Shown: positions 8,848 to 18,463 of the stretch, in pieces
Layout: every line of letters starts with the position of its first letter
Position numbering within the stretch: position 1 is the stretch's first letter
NCBI GenBank assembly: GCA_044345405.1
Contig: JBIJBE010000007.1
Coordinates: forward strand, 1 to 64,000
Reading direction: 5' to 3'
DNA from: Bdellovibrionota bacterium
Lineage (GTDB): Bacteria; Bdellovibrionota_C; UBA2361; OMII01
DNA: 64,000 bases
Notes under the pieces: model-generated
What the model was told of the DNA's origin: nothing
The model's input: only the letters and a program-made list of their open reading frames with translations
Database searches by the model: none
Position numbers and translations under genes: made by a program

Positions 8848-10062
8848 CTAGACCTCTTCGCATGCGTCTCCCAGGCTTTGCGGATCCCCATAACGCCTAT
8901 ATTTGGCTCGTTTGAGCATGGGGCCAACACGCGCCGCAAGAAGATAGTACGCTGTACCCGCAAGCGTTGGTCTAAAGATGAAGCAATTCGCGTGCGGCCG
9001 TACCTCACCAGCCCATAACGCCTTATGACGCGCGCGTGGACCAAGGAAATCATACTTCTCAATCCCTCTATCCGCGAGATATTGGATAATATGACGGACC
9101 ATGAGTTGGCCGGGACCAAACCTGGAGAGCGTCTCGTCATACGCCATCTTCGGCGAATAGCACCGGTTATCGGTGACAAAGGCAATCTCCATCGCGACAC
9201 GCCTTCCATTCAGGCTCAACGCGCACATCCGTAAATGCCCCCTTGAGGACGCGCACCGGAGCGCCTCTCGATAGAACTCCATGATGGTTGGATCGCAAGC
9301 GATAGCACCTCCAGCTTTCCCCTTCCATCCAGCTCCCTCCAACGCGAGAAATTCCTCAAAAAACTTTTCGTCAAAATCATTTAGAACCTCAAAGGAGACC
9401 TCCCCCTCTTGGCGCAATTGGCGCAATCGACTCTCGAGACGTTTTCGATCTTTTTTGTAGCGAGCCGGGCAATTCTGAAGTCCATCCTTTTCGCCAACAG
9501 GAACATTGAGATACGGACTCAGAAGGGTCGGCCACCGCGCGACGAGATATCCCGCCCTATCCGCGTGCCGCATGAGAGCCTCAAATCCACTCCCCTCTGG
9601 CACGTGATGAGCCTCAATGACGTTCCATGACCGATCCTCCTCCAGGACTCTCCACGCGCTCTCCGCGATCCTATCGCTCTGGTTGGGGTCGCAGATGAAA
9701 TCGAAACGACAGGAATGAATCCCTGAGAGGCCTCTCAAGGACCGCGCGGGAAGCTTTCCCCAAAAGTTTCGGGAACGCATCAAAGGGAGGATTCCTTTCA
9801 GAAGCGTTCCCTGCCGCACGATTACGAAGGGGGCAGGCTTGTTCTTATGAAATGTCTGAGCGAATGCGCGAAACCAGTAGGGCTGAAAAAACGGCTCGGA
9901 GTACTCTCCCGTCGCGACGAGCGCGCTCCACTCATCTTCAAGCGCGTCGATGTCCGCTGCGGAGAGTTCCACGATCGTTGCTGTGAATGATTGCGTGGAA
10001 TGTGGCGCTCCAAGCGGAAGGCCCATGTCTCTCGGTGTGTCTTGCAAAGCGGTCTCAGCCAT
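8848..10062 (-). CDS. GNAT-family protein, CelD/BcsL-like
   Basis: PFFQPYWF, GWKG, FYRE, AYDE…FGPG and YDFLG…HK pattern. Start chosen at MAETALQ. Confidence 0.8.
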   Translation of the reverse strand: MAETALQDTPRDMGLPLGAPHSTQSFTATIVELSAADIDALEDEWSALVATGEYSEPFFQPYWFRAFAQTFHKNKPAPFVIVRQGTLLKGILPLMRSRNFWGKLPARSLRGLSGIHSCRFDFICDPNQSDRIAESAWRVLEEDRSWNVIEAHHVPEGSGFEALMRHADRAGYLVARWPTLLSPYLNVPVGEKDGLQNCPARYKKDRKRLESRLRQLRQEGEVSFEVLNDFDEKFFEEFLALEGAGWKGKAGGAIACDPTIMEFYREALRCASSRGHLRMCALSLNGRRVAMEIAFVTDNRCYSPKMAYDETLSRFGPGQLMVRHIIQYLADRGIEKYDFLGPRARHKALWAGEVRPHANCFIFRPTLAGTAYYLLAARVGPMLKRAKYRRYGDPQSLGDACEEV

Positions 10063-10364
10063 ATGCTCCAGTCTTGTATGCCTGGAGGGAACTGTACCCA
10101 CGCCCAATACTCACGCGTATGACTCGCACCATGGTGTGGCGCACGACGACTGAACTTACCAAACATACATGGTACACAACCACAAGGCGGCGAAACTCCA
10201 TACCCAACACCTCCGATGGTTTGAGACACTCGCTCCCGTTGACGAAGTCCGGCGAGATACCTCCACAATCGCACTGGTGTATCAATCCATGATACACCCG
10301 TGGGCCCATGGCCGGTTCTTACGGTACTCTATCTTCTAAGGAAGTACCCCAACGGAGAGCCCCA

Positions 10365-10727
10365 ATGCGTGTACCCATGTTACTCACCTTGTTAACCATT
10401 ATCATCGCCGCTCCGGAAGGGAGTGAGGCGCAGCGTCGTTACAGGGTCTACAAAACGGACAGGTTTGGAAACAAAGGGATTCTTTCGGAACCGGAGGCCT
10501 TCATCGAGCAGAACCCCTTATCAGGGGATTGGGAGGTGTACAGATCTACCCCTCTTGGCTTTCCCGATACCCTACACGGGGCCACCTACATTATTGAAAA
10601 TGATTCCTTGCGTAGCCTCTCTCATCGTCACCATGATGACGATTTCAACGAGGAGGAACGCCACCATCATCACCACCCAAACGACGATACCGATTGCGAT
10701 CGGGAACATCCGGATGATGATGAGTAG
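10365..10727 (+). CDS. Small secreted protein with two internal repeats and a His/Asp-rich tail
   Basis: SD GGAG, signal peptide ending SEA-Q, tail HRHHDDDFNEEERHHHHHPNDDTDCDREHPDDDE. Confidence 0.7.
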   Translation: MRVPMLLTLLTIIIAAPEGSEAQRRYRVYKTDRFGNKGILSEPEAFIEQNPLSGDWEVYRSTPLGFPDTLHGATYIIENDSLRSLSHRHHDDDFNEEERHHHHHPNDDTDCDREHPDDDE

Positions 10728-10811
10728 ACCCGACACGTTGCCCTAAAAAGCCCATCCTACAGTCCGCTGTGTCTTGTCGCTCCATGCCGCGCATGGTAAG
10801 AGCCCTGCAAG

Positions 10812-11933
10812 ATGAGACGCTTACTCAAACGATTATTTATCGCCCTCGGTATTATCGGCCTTATCGTCGTAGTATGGGCAAACCGTACCGGCAGGCTGGC
10901 AATCACTCGGTTCGACCATGGCGGAACGCTCACGCCGGTCTCGGAATCCATGCCGTGGAAAAAAGACACGACCCCTATCCGCATCGGTATCTTCGCCGAG
11001 AATATCTACGATTTTAATTTTGCCACCCAATCCTTCGCGGCCGAGGGGCTCGTGTGGGTACATTGGGGCCCCGAGTTTCAGACGGTTCTCGATTCTGAAG
11101 GGGTTACGATCGATCAGATCATTCATCCTGTGAATCGGGTGAACTCGTGGGATTGGATGATGAAGCCGTTCTATCCGAAACCGCTCGTGGATGCGAGCGG
11201 AGATCACTATCAGCTGATCCGATTCGCCGGCAGGTTCTACGTCGATCAGCTTGACCTGCACCGATATCCATTTGAAAAGCTCACGGTACCCATCATCTGG
11301 GGCCTCAACGTCATGAGTGACGTGTTTAACGCGGACAAGGTGCGTATCGTGGCCGATCATTCGCAATCAGGTGTCGGCTCATTCATCGAGGTCATCGGCT
11401 TCGCGACAGACAAATACGAGGTTAATGAGTACGTGCAAACCTTTCCGACGAGTTTTGGGTACAAAGACGAGGGCATGAAAAGCCGAACCCCGTTCAGCCA
11501 AGTGCGCATGGAGGTCACCTATCGGAAAGCTCCACTCGCGTCCATTCAGCAATACATCCTTCCCCTCCTGATCGTTATGTTTGTAACCCTACTGGGGCCA
11601 AGCTTGGCGGCGTCGTTGTGGGATGTCCGGATCGCGATTCCATCGACAGCGCTTCTGACATTAGTCTTTCTTCAGCAAACCTATCGTCAGAACCTTCCTC
11701 AACTTCCGTACGCGACCTACCTCGATCAGATCTACGTCACCTGCTACATGGTTACGTTCGCGCTGTTCTGCCTCTTTGTGTGGGCCTCAAACAAACTTGA
11801 CACGTGCTCCGAGGAGGAGAGACCTGAGATTTTGGCGCGACTAAACAATGTCGATTCCTGGTTTCAGGTCGTATGCGTGATCTTCCTTATCACGACGACG
11901 ACCTTGAACTGGTTTTTTCCGCTGAAGTTCTAA
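10812..11933 (+). CDS. Prokaryotic pentameric ligand-gated ion channel (GLIC/ELIC-like)
   Basis: Beta-rich ECD with the Pro-loop LDLHRYPFE, four TM helices, M1 ILPL proline and M2-M3 loop NLPQLPY. Confidence 0.88.
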   Translation: MRRLLKRLFIALGIIGLIVVVWANRTGRLAITRFDHGGTLTPVSESMPWKKDTTPIRIGIFAENIYDFNFATQSFAAEGLVWVHWGPEFQTVLDSEGVTIDQIIHPVNRVNSWDWMMKPFYPKPLVDASGDHYQLIRFAGRFYVDQLDLHRYPFEKLTVPIIWGLNVMSDVFNADKVRIVADHSQSGVGSFIEVIGFATDKYEVNEYVQTFPTSFGYKDEGMKSRTPFSQVRMEVTYRKAPLASIQQYILPLLIVMFVTLLGPSLAASLWDVRIAIPSTALLTLVFLQQTYRQNLPQLPYATYLDQIYVTCYMVTFALFCLFVWASNKLDTCSEEERPEILARLNNVDSWFQVVCVIFLITTTTLNWFFPLKF

Positions 11934-12040
11934 CGTTCGGGCTTCCTGAAAAACAAAGACCTCCTGACGTTTTTTCTAGCGGTCTCATGTGACGCGTGCT
12001 ATCCCTGCGGCTCTGAATGTCTACCCTATGGAGGCCTATC

Positions 12041-12355
12041 ATGATTCGTTCATTGATTCTCTTCACTGCTGTATGTGTAGTTCCATGTCTCACCGCTCAT
12101 GCTGATACTGGCGCGGCTCAAGCCCTCGCTAAGACCGAAAAAGCTGTAGCTGACGCCCACGGCGCCGCTGCGGCAGCGCAAAAGAAGGCTGACGATACAG
12201 TCGCGCTTGCGAATGGGAGTGCTACAGGCTCCAAAGAGGTAGCTAAGGCTAACGCCGCGGCAGCTAAAGCGGATGCTAAAGCCGCGAAGACCAAGGGAGA
12301 CGCCGCGACTGTGACCGGGGCTGCTGGAGCACTCGCTGGCGCTGTCGGTAAGTAG
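12041..12355 (+). CDS. Small secreted Ala/Lys-rich helical protein
   Basis: SD GGAGG, signal peptide ending AHA-D, followed by an intrinsic terminator. Confidence 0.75.
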   Translation: MIRSLILFTAVCVVPCLTAHADTGAAQALAKTEKAVADAHGAAAAAQKKADDTVALANGSATGSKEVAKANAAAAKADAKAAKTKGDAATVTGAAGALAGAVGK

Positions 12356-12381
12356 TTCAGAGCATCATATAGTGATGGAAG

Positions 12382-12424
12382 TCCCCGCATCGGCGCTGAG
12401 CTGCTGCGGGGATTTTTGTTTTTT
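12382..12424 (+). terminator. Rho-independent terminator
   Basis: Stem TCCCCGCA…TGCGGGGA followed by TTTTTGTTTTTT. Confidence 0.75.
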
Positions 12425-12550
12425 GGGTCGGGCCAACACACTCCGTGAAATGGGAGGGCGGAGAGCTTGCCTCGACGCAGCGCAGCGAAGGTATATCCCT
12501 GACCGGCGCGCCGCGTATGCTGAAAGCCGACTAGGCGCGGCTCCTACCGA

Positions 12551-14368
12551 TTACAAAGACCGCATACCGCCAAGGCGCTCCAGCTCCCGCACATACCCCT
12601 CAACAACGCCAAACGCGGTGCGATACATCTCCGAACTTGTAATATCGATATCAACAAGCTTGAAGAGCTCGCGGGGGGATTTCGAACCTCCCGCAGAGAG
12701 GAAGTTGAGATACTTCTCGCGGATACCGGGCTCTCCGCTTAAGATCCTCTGTCCGATCGCCATCGCCGCGCTGATCCCTATCGCGTACTGGAAGAAGTAG
12801 TATGGCGCGTAGAAATGACAGAATGCCCCCCACTTCATCCCAAGCCTCTCCGGATCAAAGGAAAGAGCGCCATCGTACGCGGACGTAAACGCGGTGACGG
12901 TCGCCTTCCTAATATCGCTCACACCCAACGCGCCACCGCGCGCGTAGGTAGAGTGAATGAAGTGCTCGATTCGACTCAATACTGGCATCATGAAGAGGTA
13001 GCGATGCGCGTAGAAAAAAGCCTCGTCGAGGACCGCTAAAGACGTCTCTTGATCGGCGGCTTTGAGCACATGAGCTCGAAGAAGGACCTGATTTAGGTTT
13101 GACGCCGTCTCCGCTACCGTCATCGCGTATCCAGCGTACCGAGAGGGCTGCGACCGATTGGTGAAGAGCGAGTGCATCGAGTGTCCCAACTCGTGCGCCA
13201 GCGTACCAACCTCTGGCATCGTTGGGGTGTAGTTCAGCAGAAAAAATGGGCGGGTGAGATATGATCCAGATGAGAAGGCATTGCTGTACTTTCCCGGCGC
13301 GGGGAAGACGTGCACCCATCGCTCCTCTCGCAATCCGCGCCGTGCGATCGAAACGTATTCCTCTCCAAGAGGCGCCAAGGAATCGAGCACCAACGAAACC
13401 GCGCTCTCATACGAAATGTCTGGTGCCTGTGGGGAGAGCTTCGCGAAGATATCGTGTTCGCCAAGTTGAGAGAGTCCGAGGATCTTAGCCTTCGCTCTGA
13501 AGTATCGACGGAAGAGGTGTTGATGGTCACGACAACTGCGCACAGCAGCGTGATACACATCGGGGGTGAGTTCATCGACGAAGAGCGCCTTTTGAAATGT
13601 TGAGGAGTATCCCCTCGCTTTCGAGAACACGAGAGAGGTCGTGACCTCCGCGGTCAGCGCCGCGGCTAACGTTCGTGAACTCGCGATATAGCTATCGGTA
13701 TAGCTGTCATAGGCGGCTTTCCGCGTTAATGGATCAACGCTCTGCAGGGCGTCATCGATCGTTCCGTGGGTCAGCTCACGAGGCTCTTTCCCAACCGTAA
13801 TCGGCGCGAATCGCATATCTCCATCGTGCGCCGCGTTTCGAATAGACTCAGGAAGTCGCGTCACAACCGAGAGCTCGCTCAGGAGCGACTCCTGTTCAGG
13901 CGCGAGAGTGTGGCGTCGTCGACGCTCAAGCTCCGAGAGGTAGTACTGATACACGCCGAGAGTGGCACAGCTCTCACACATCTTCTCGAGAGTGGTCCAA
14001 CCGAGCGACAAGATCTCCGGCTCAACGAACGAGAGATGTAAGCTAACCGAAGCGGAGAGCGCGTCGACGCGCTGCGTCATCTTGGTCGCCTCATCGTCAC
14101 GAGTGTCCGCGGAAAACAGCAGGGAGGCGTAAACTCGAACCTTTCCGAGTCGCGCGATCACCCCGTCGATCGCCTCCAAGGCGTCGGCGAGCCCCTCCGC
14201 TGAGCGTCCAAGGGTTCCTTTAAGCGCGGAGAGCCCCTCTGCCTCACGGAGAACCTCATGAACCTCAACGTTCCACTCGTGAACAGAGGGGAATATCGAG
14301 GCGAGGTCCCAGGTATACGGAGAGGTGGTGTCGGATGCGGATGGATGCTGGGCGGGAGGTGTACTCAT
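12551..14368 (-). CDS. pepF: Oligoendopeptidase F (M3B)
   Basis: TWDLASIF N-terminus, GKYSNAFS, HELGHSMH, VAETAS, HFYAPYYFFQYA. Confidence 0.93.
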   Translation of the reverse strand: MSTPPAQHPSASDTTSPYTWDLASIFPSVHEWNVEVHEVLREAEGLSALKGTLGRSAEGLADALEAIDGVIARLGKVRVYASLLFSADTRDDEATKMTQRVDALSASVSLHLSFVEPEILSLGWTTLEKMCESCATLGVYQYYLSELERRRRHTLAPEQESLLSELSVVTRLPESIRNAAHDGDMRFAPITVGKEPRELTHGTIDDALQSVDPLTRKAAYDSYTDSYIASSRTLAAALTAEVTTSLVFSKARGYSSTFQKALFVDELTPDVYHAAVRSCRDHQHLFRRYFRAKAKILGLSQLGEHDIFAKLSPQAPDISYESAVSLVLDSLAPLGEEYVSIARRGLREERWVHVFPAPGKYSNAFSSGSYLTRPFFLLNYTPTMPEVGTLAHELGHSMHSLFTNRSQPSRYAGYAMTVAETASNLNQVLLRAHVLKAADQETSLAVLDEAFFYAHRYLFMMPVLSRIEHFIHSTYARGGALGVSDIRKATVTAFTSAYDGALSFDPERLGMKWGAFCHFYAPYYFFQYAIGISAAMAIGQRILSGEPGIREKYLNFLSAGGSKSPRELFKLVDIDITSSEMYRTAFGVVEGYVRELERLGGMRSL

Positions 14369-14421
14369 GCCCTCAGTATACGAGCGCGGTAGCACGACGG
14401 ACAAACGAAATAGTGTAGCGG

Positions 14422-15498
14422 CTAGAACACGCTCGCCAAGCGCTGCGGAAGGAGCGCGAACTGCTTAGGATTGCGAGCTCGGCCGTTTATTCGAACTTCG
14501 TAGTGAAGGTGAGGGCCCGTTGAGCGGCCCGTGTTACCAGAGAGCGCGATTCGATCTCCGCGGCGCACTCGTTGCCCGACCTTAACCAAGGTCTTTGAAA
14601 GGTGCGCATACCGTGTACCCACGCTCGGAGAGTGGTCGATATCAACCATCCAACCGTAGGCTCGATCATATTTCGCATCGGTCACAACGCCATCGCCTGT
14701 CGCGACGACATCTCCTCCTGAATCGAGGGAGAGATCCATCCCCTCATGGAACGAGGCGCGACGGGAGAACGGTGAAAGTCGATACCCGTAATGGGATGTG
14801 ATGTCACCTTCCGCTGGGTATCCTATTGGAAGGGCTCGAAGTCCCTTCGCGAGGGAGTTCAGCCGCCTCATGAGGTCCCGCTCAGTTGGAGAATAAGGGC
14901 TCTGGGTAACGGCTTCAGACTGTTCGTAAAAAGAAGGGCCTATCTCCAGGGAGATGTTGCGCTTGCTGATGATTCTCGAGCATGTGTCATCTTCACCGCA
15001 CTCAACCTCTTTGCCACCCATCGCTGGCTCCTTGGAACCTTTGGACGCGTGGCCCGGAGTGGCCTTACGGGCGGCTGCGAGTTCGTCACTCTTTTTACCT
15101 TTCTTACCTTTGCGAGCGATGGTTGGGCCCTCATCTCCGAGGTCGAGGTCGGTAGCAGCAGCTATAATACCTTGGAGCTCCTCAAGTTGGGCCCGAACGG
15201 ACGCTTCAAAGGTATTCCCAGCGGGGATAGCCTTTGCCTTGGCCTCCTCAAGCTCCTTCTGAAGTCTTTGGTTGGCGGCAAGGAGCGAGTCCCGCTCACT
15301 AAGAAGTCGGTAGGTAAGAAAAGATTGGTCAGCTCCGGTAACAAAGGAGTTAATGGCGTAGCGAGCAGGAACATAGGAGAGGTACCCGACGGCAAGGAAC
15401 CCGACCAGGGCGATCAACACCCGGATACGCTGCGGCCGACGGCGACGCCGGCGAGCGACTCGATGCGCGAGTTCTGTTTTCTGGTTCGATGCGGTCAC
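14422..15498 (-). CDS. M23-family peptidoglycan endopeptidase with N-terminal TM and coiled coil
   Basis: HEGMD, YAHL and GRSTGPHLHYEV motifs; GTG start with SD AAGGAG. Confidence 0.92.
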   Translation of the reverse strand: MTASNQKTELAHRVARRRRRRPQRIRVLIALVGFLAVGYLSYVPARYAINSFVTGADQSFLTYRLLSERDSLLAANQRLQKELEEAKAKAIPAGNTFEASVRAQLEELQGIIAAATDLDLGDEGPTIARKGKKGKKSDELAAARKATPGHASKGSKEPAMGGKEVECGEDDTCSRIISKRNISLEIGPSFYEQSEAVTQSPYSPTERDLMRRLNSLAKGLRALPIGYPAEGDITSHYGYRLSPFSRRASFHEGMDLSLDSGGDVVATGDGVVTDAKYDRAYGWMVDIDHSPSVGTRYAHLSKTLVKVGQRVRRGDRIALSGNTGRSTGPHLHYEVRINGRARNPKQFALLPQRLASVF

Positions 15499-15641
15499 TC
15501 GTAAACTCCTTCAGGGCACCATGGGTCGGTGCTCGGCCCCACAAGGCTTGAGGCCGGTTGGGGCAACAAAGGCTACGCCATCCGGTGGCACGGGTCAAAC
15601 AGGACCAGAACAGGATTATAGCCTGATGGGGATGGTACTCC

Positions 15642-17291
15642 TCAGGCGCTGGTAATCAACTCAAGCGCCGATGCCCGAGATGCGTCAGTTATCTTATAAC
15701 CAGCTAACATCCTTGCAATTTCATCTACTTTTTCCTCTGGAGTCAGCTCTTTAACGACGGTAACCGCGCGCTCCCCCACCTCTTTATTTACCAGGAAATG
15801 GCGGTCCGAAAGTGAGGCGACCTGAGGAAGATGAGTGATGCAAACTACCTGAGAACACTTGGAGATCTCCTTGAGCATGCGACCCACAGAGCGCGCGACA
15901 CCGCCTGAAACTCCGGCGTCGACCTCATCAAATATGAGCACGTTCACACCGGAACGCTCTCGTAAGATCTTCTTCAGCACGAGCATGACTCTAGAGAGCT
16001 CGCCACCTGAGGCGATATCAATGAGAGGCCCATGCGGTTCACCCTTGTTCGTCGAGATAAGGAACTCAAGTTTATCGATGCCAAGGGGGGACGGCTCACA
16101 TTCGGAGAAGGTCACCTTGAGTGAGGCGTCACGCATGTTGAGCTCTTTGAGATCAGCGGTGACCGCCTTGCACAGCTCATCGGCTCCCTTTTGGCGAACC
16201 TTCCGGAGCTCCTTCCCAACCTGGTGGGCGGCTTCGAGGAGCTTCTCGACCTCACGCTCCAACTCCCGATACCCTTCCCCTCCTGACAGCTGATCGAGCT
16301 CCCGAGCGACCCGAGCCTTCAGTCCACACAGTCCAGCGTCATCGAGACGGTACTTTCGCTCAAGGCGAGCGAGCTCCGAGAGCTCCTCTCGCAGGGTCTC
16401 AAGGGTGGAGGCATCCACGTCGAGGGAATCGACATACCGAGCTACCCCGATCTCGCTCTCCCCAAGGGAACGCCTGGCGCTCTCGAACTCATCCTGAATC
16501 TTTGAGATCGAGGGGTCGAGGCGCTGCATCTCGGTCATCGTCGCCGACACCTCCTTCAGTCGCACTCCCATTCCTTCCTCACCTGAGAGGAGGTCTGAGA
16601 GCTTCTGACCGAGCTCGACGAGACGCTCGAAGTTTCCGATTCGCTTTATCTCAGCCTCTAACTCTTTACGACGTCCTGGCTTCAAGTTCGGCTGCGCCTC
16701 AAGTTCGGCGTTGGTGTGCTCAAGATCGGATCTTCGGGCAGCCCCCTGCTCGAACGCCTCTTTAATACGGTTCAGCTCGGCTCGTTTTTCGGCCCATGCT
16801 CGGTGAGCATCCCGCATCTTGGAGATAAGGTCGGGCTTATCGCAGAAGCCATCGAGGAGGTCGAGGTGATACCGAGGGTCGAGGAGCTTGGTTTGGTGGT
16901 GCTGGCTACAGATATTAACGAGCTTTCGAACGATCTCCTCAAGAAGAGCGACCGTTCCGAGACGTCCATTAATAAGGACCTTCCCCCTACCCTCACGCGG
17001 CAAGAGACGGGACACCACTAATTCATCCCCCTCTCCAACTATCTCGGGAAGCTCGGAGCGAACCTCCGGAGGCAACACGGTCAGGTCAAAGAGAGCCTGC
17101 ACGTCCAAGCTCTCGGCGCCGGTGCGAATTAATGAGGGCGACCCTTTTCCACCCAAAATGAATTCAAGGGCGTTAAGGATAATAGACTTACCCGCTCCGG
17201 TCTCTCCGCTGATGACGTTGAAGCCGCCGTGAAAGGAGAGCGACTGACGCTCGATGATGGCAAAATTACTGATGGTTAACTCGGTAAGCAT
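15642..17291 (-). CDS. recN: DNA repair protein RecN
   Basis: GETGAGKS, ASGGELSR, IFDEVDAGVSG, CITHLPQVA, EIARML. Confidence 0.97.
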   Translation of the reverse strand: MLTELTISNFAIIERQSLSFHGGFNVISGETGAGKSIILNALEFILGGKGSPSLIRTGAESLDVQALFDLTVLPPEVRSELPEIVGEGDELVVSRLLPREGRGKVLINGRLGTVALLEEIVRKLVNICSQHHQTKLLDPRYHLDLLDGFCDKPDLISKMRDAHRAWAEKRAELNRIKEAFEQGAARRSDLEHTNAELEAQPNLKPGRRKELEAEIKRIGNFERLVELGQKLSDLLSGEEGMGVRLKEVSATMTEMQRLDPSISKIQDEFESARRSLGESEIGVARYVDSLDVDASTLETLREELSELARLERKYRLDDAGLCGLKARVARELDQLSGGEGYRELEREVEKLLEAAHQVGKELRKVRQKGADELCKAVTADLKELNMRDASLKVTFSECEPSPLGIDKLEFLISTNKGEPHGPLIDIASGGELSRVMLVLKKILRERSGVNVLIFDEVDAGVSGGVARSVGRMLKEISKCSQVVCITHLPQVASLSDRHFLVNKEVGERAVTVVKELTPEEKVDEIARMLAGYKITDASRASALELITSA

Positions 17292-17502
17292 GAGAATCTC
17301 GCTCAAAAGCAGTCGAGGGATGGATCATCGACACATATCATCTGATAGCCTTCATATCGGCTAGCTACCGATACTAGTTTCGGCTTTCGAGAGATCGAGA
17401 AGGTCGATGAACTGGGCCCTCCGCTACGGCAAGCGATACCATGCTCCGCAACGAAGGGCAAAGATTTCATGCATCTCGCCCCTTTCGGAGCTTCAGATCT
17501 GG

Positions 17503-18258
17503 CTACTGTCGAGGCGCGAGCTCAACCGTGAGCTGTACGGCCTGACCGCCCTCCTTCCCGATGAAGGTCACCGTGAGGGTGTCTTCGCCGGTGCGCACGA
17601 CGTGAATGTCAACTTCCTTCCGGATAGCCTCGATAGCCTTTTTATTCATCGGATCCGCCATAGCGGCATTAAGGGCAGCCGGACAGAGATCGGCGTTGGT
17701 CGACAATTTCTGAGGATTAAGGGTCAAAGAACGACTAATAATATCCTCTCCATTTTGGCCCCGAATGCGCAACTTAACATCATGGCCAGCGGGAATTTGG
17801 CCGCCGTTCAGATTTTTAAGGTGCTCCACTCCTTCGCAAATGGCGCGAAACGCCTCTCCGTACGATGGAAGGCCTTGCGCGGGTTTGCCGATCTGACGGA
17901 CCTGAGTCTTTCGCGGGATGAGTACATTGCCGTCATCATCCAAACAGAACTTTCGATCCTTGAGCTGGGTAACGTCGCATTTATCGGTCATGACCGGAGC
18001 GGCCACGGGAACCGCCACCGGGACCGCCTTCGGCACCTCAGGCGCGACGACCGGATTCGGAGAAATAGGCACATAGGTCGGGGTCTGAGCCGGCGCTTCG
18101 GTGGTGGCGAGAGCGACAGTCATAGCGGCTACCGATGCTGCGCGACTCAATATGTTTGTCCGATTTCCCGTCGGCATCGACTCTTTCGTGAGCTCTGGCT
18201 GAGCTTGCGGTTGCGTAGCCGGCGCCGCGTCGCGATTAACGGTTGTTCCCTGCATCAT
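17503..18258 (-). CDS. Hypothetical protein with an internal signal-like segment, a Pro/Val linker and a small Cys-containing domain
   Basis: ORF with SD GGAGAG before MMQG; no family recognised. Confidence 0.6.
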   Translation of the reverse strand: MMQGTTVNRDAAPATQPQAQPELTKESMPTGNRTNILSRAASVAAMTVALATTEAPAQTPTYVPISPNPVVAPEVPKAVPVAVPVAAPVMTDKCDVTQLKDRKFCLDDDGNVLIPRKTQVRQIGKPAQGLPSYGEAFRAICEGVEHLKNLNGGQIPAGHDVKLRIRGQNGEDIISRSLTLNPQKLSTNADLCPAALNAAMADPMNKKAIEAIRKEVDIHVVRTGEDTLTVTFIGKEGGQAVQLTVELAPRQ

Positions 18259-18463
18259 AAAGCTGACTCTCCATACCCCTTCCACAGGGGCAAAATACCC
18301 GTTAATGTTATGGGTAAACCTCGCACTCATGTGTCGTAGACACGTGACTAAACAAGGGAGCGCCGGCTTATCCCCCTGCCTCCATCTGTTCGGATCTGAA
18401 CGAAACAGATATCTCGACCCTCCCCTTATTGATTCCGAGAAGCGAGGTCCTTATTTTGATGGG

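Noticed and set aside
17407-18339. 310-aa + strand ORF
   Set aside because: Antisense shadow of the minus-strand ORF, which has an SD, a signal-like segment and a more protein-like composition.
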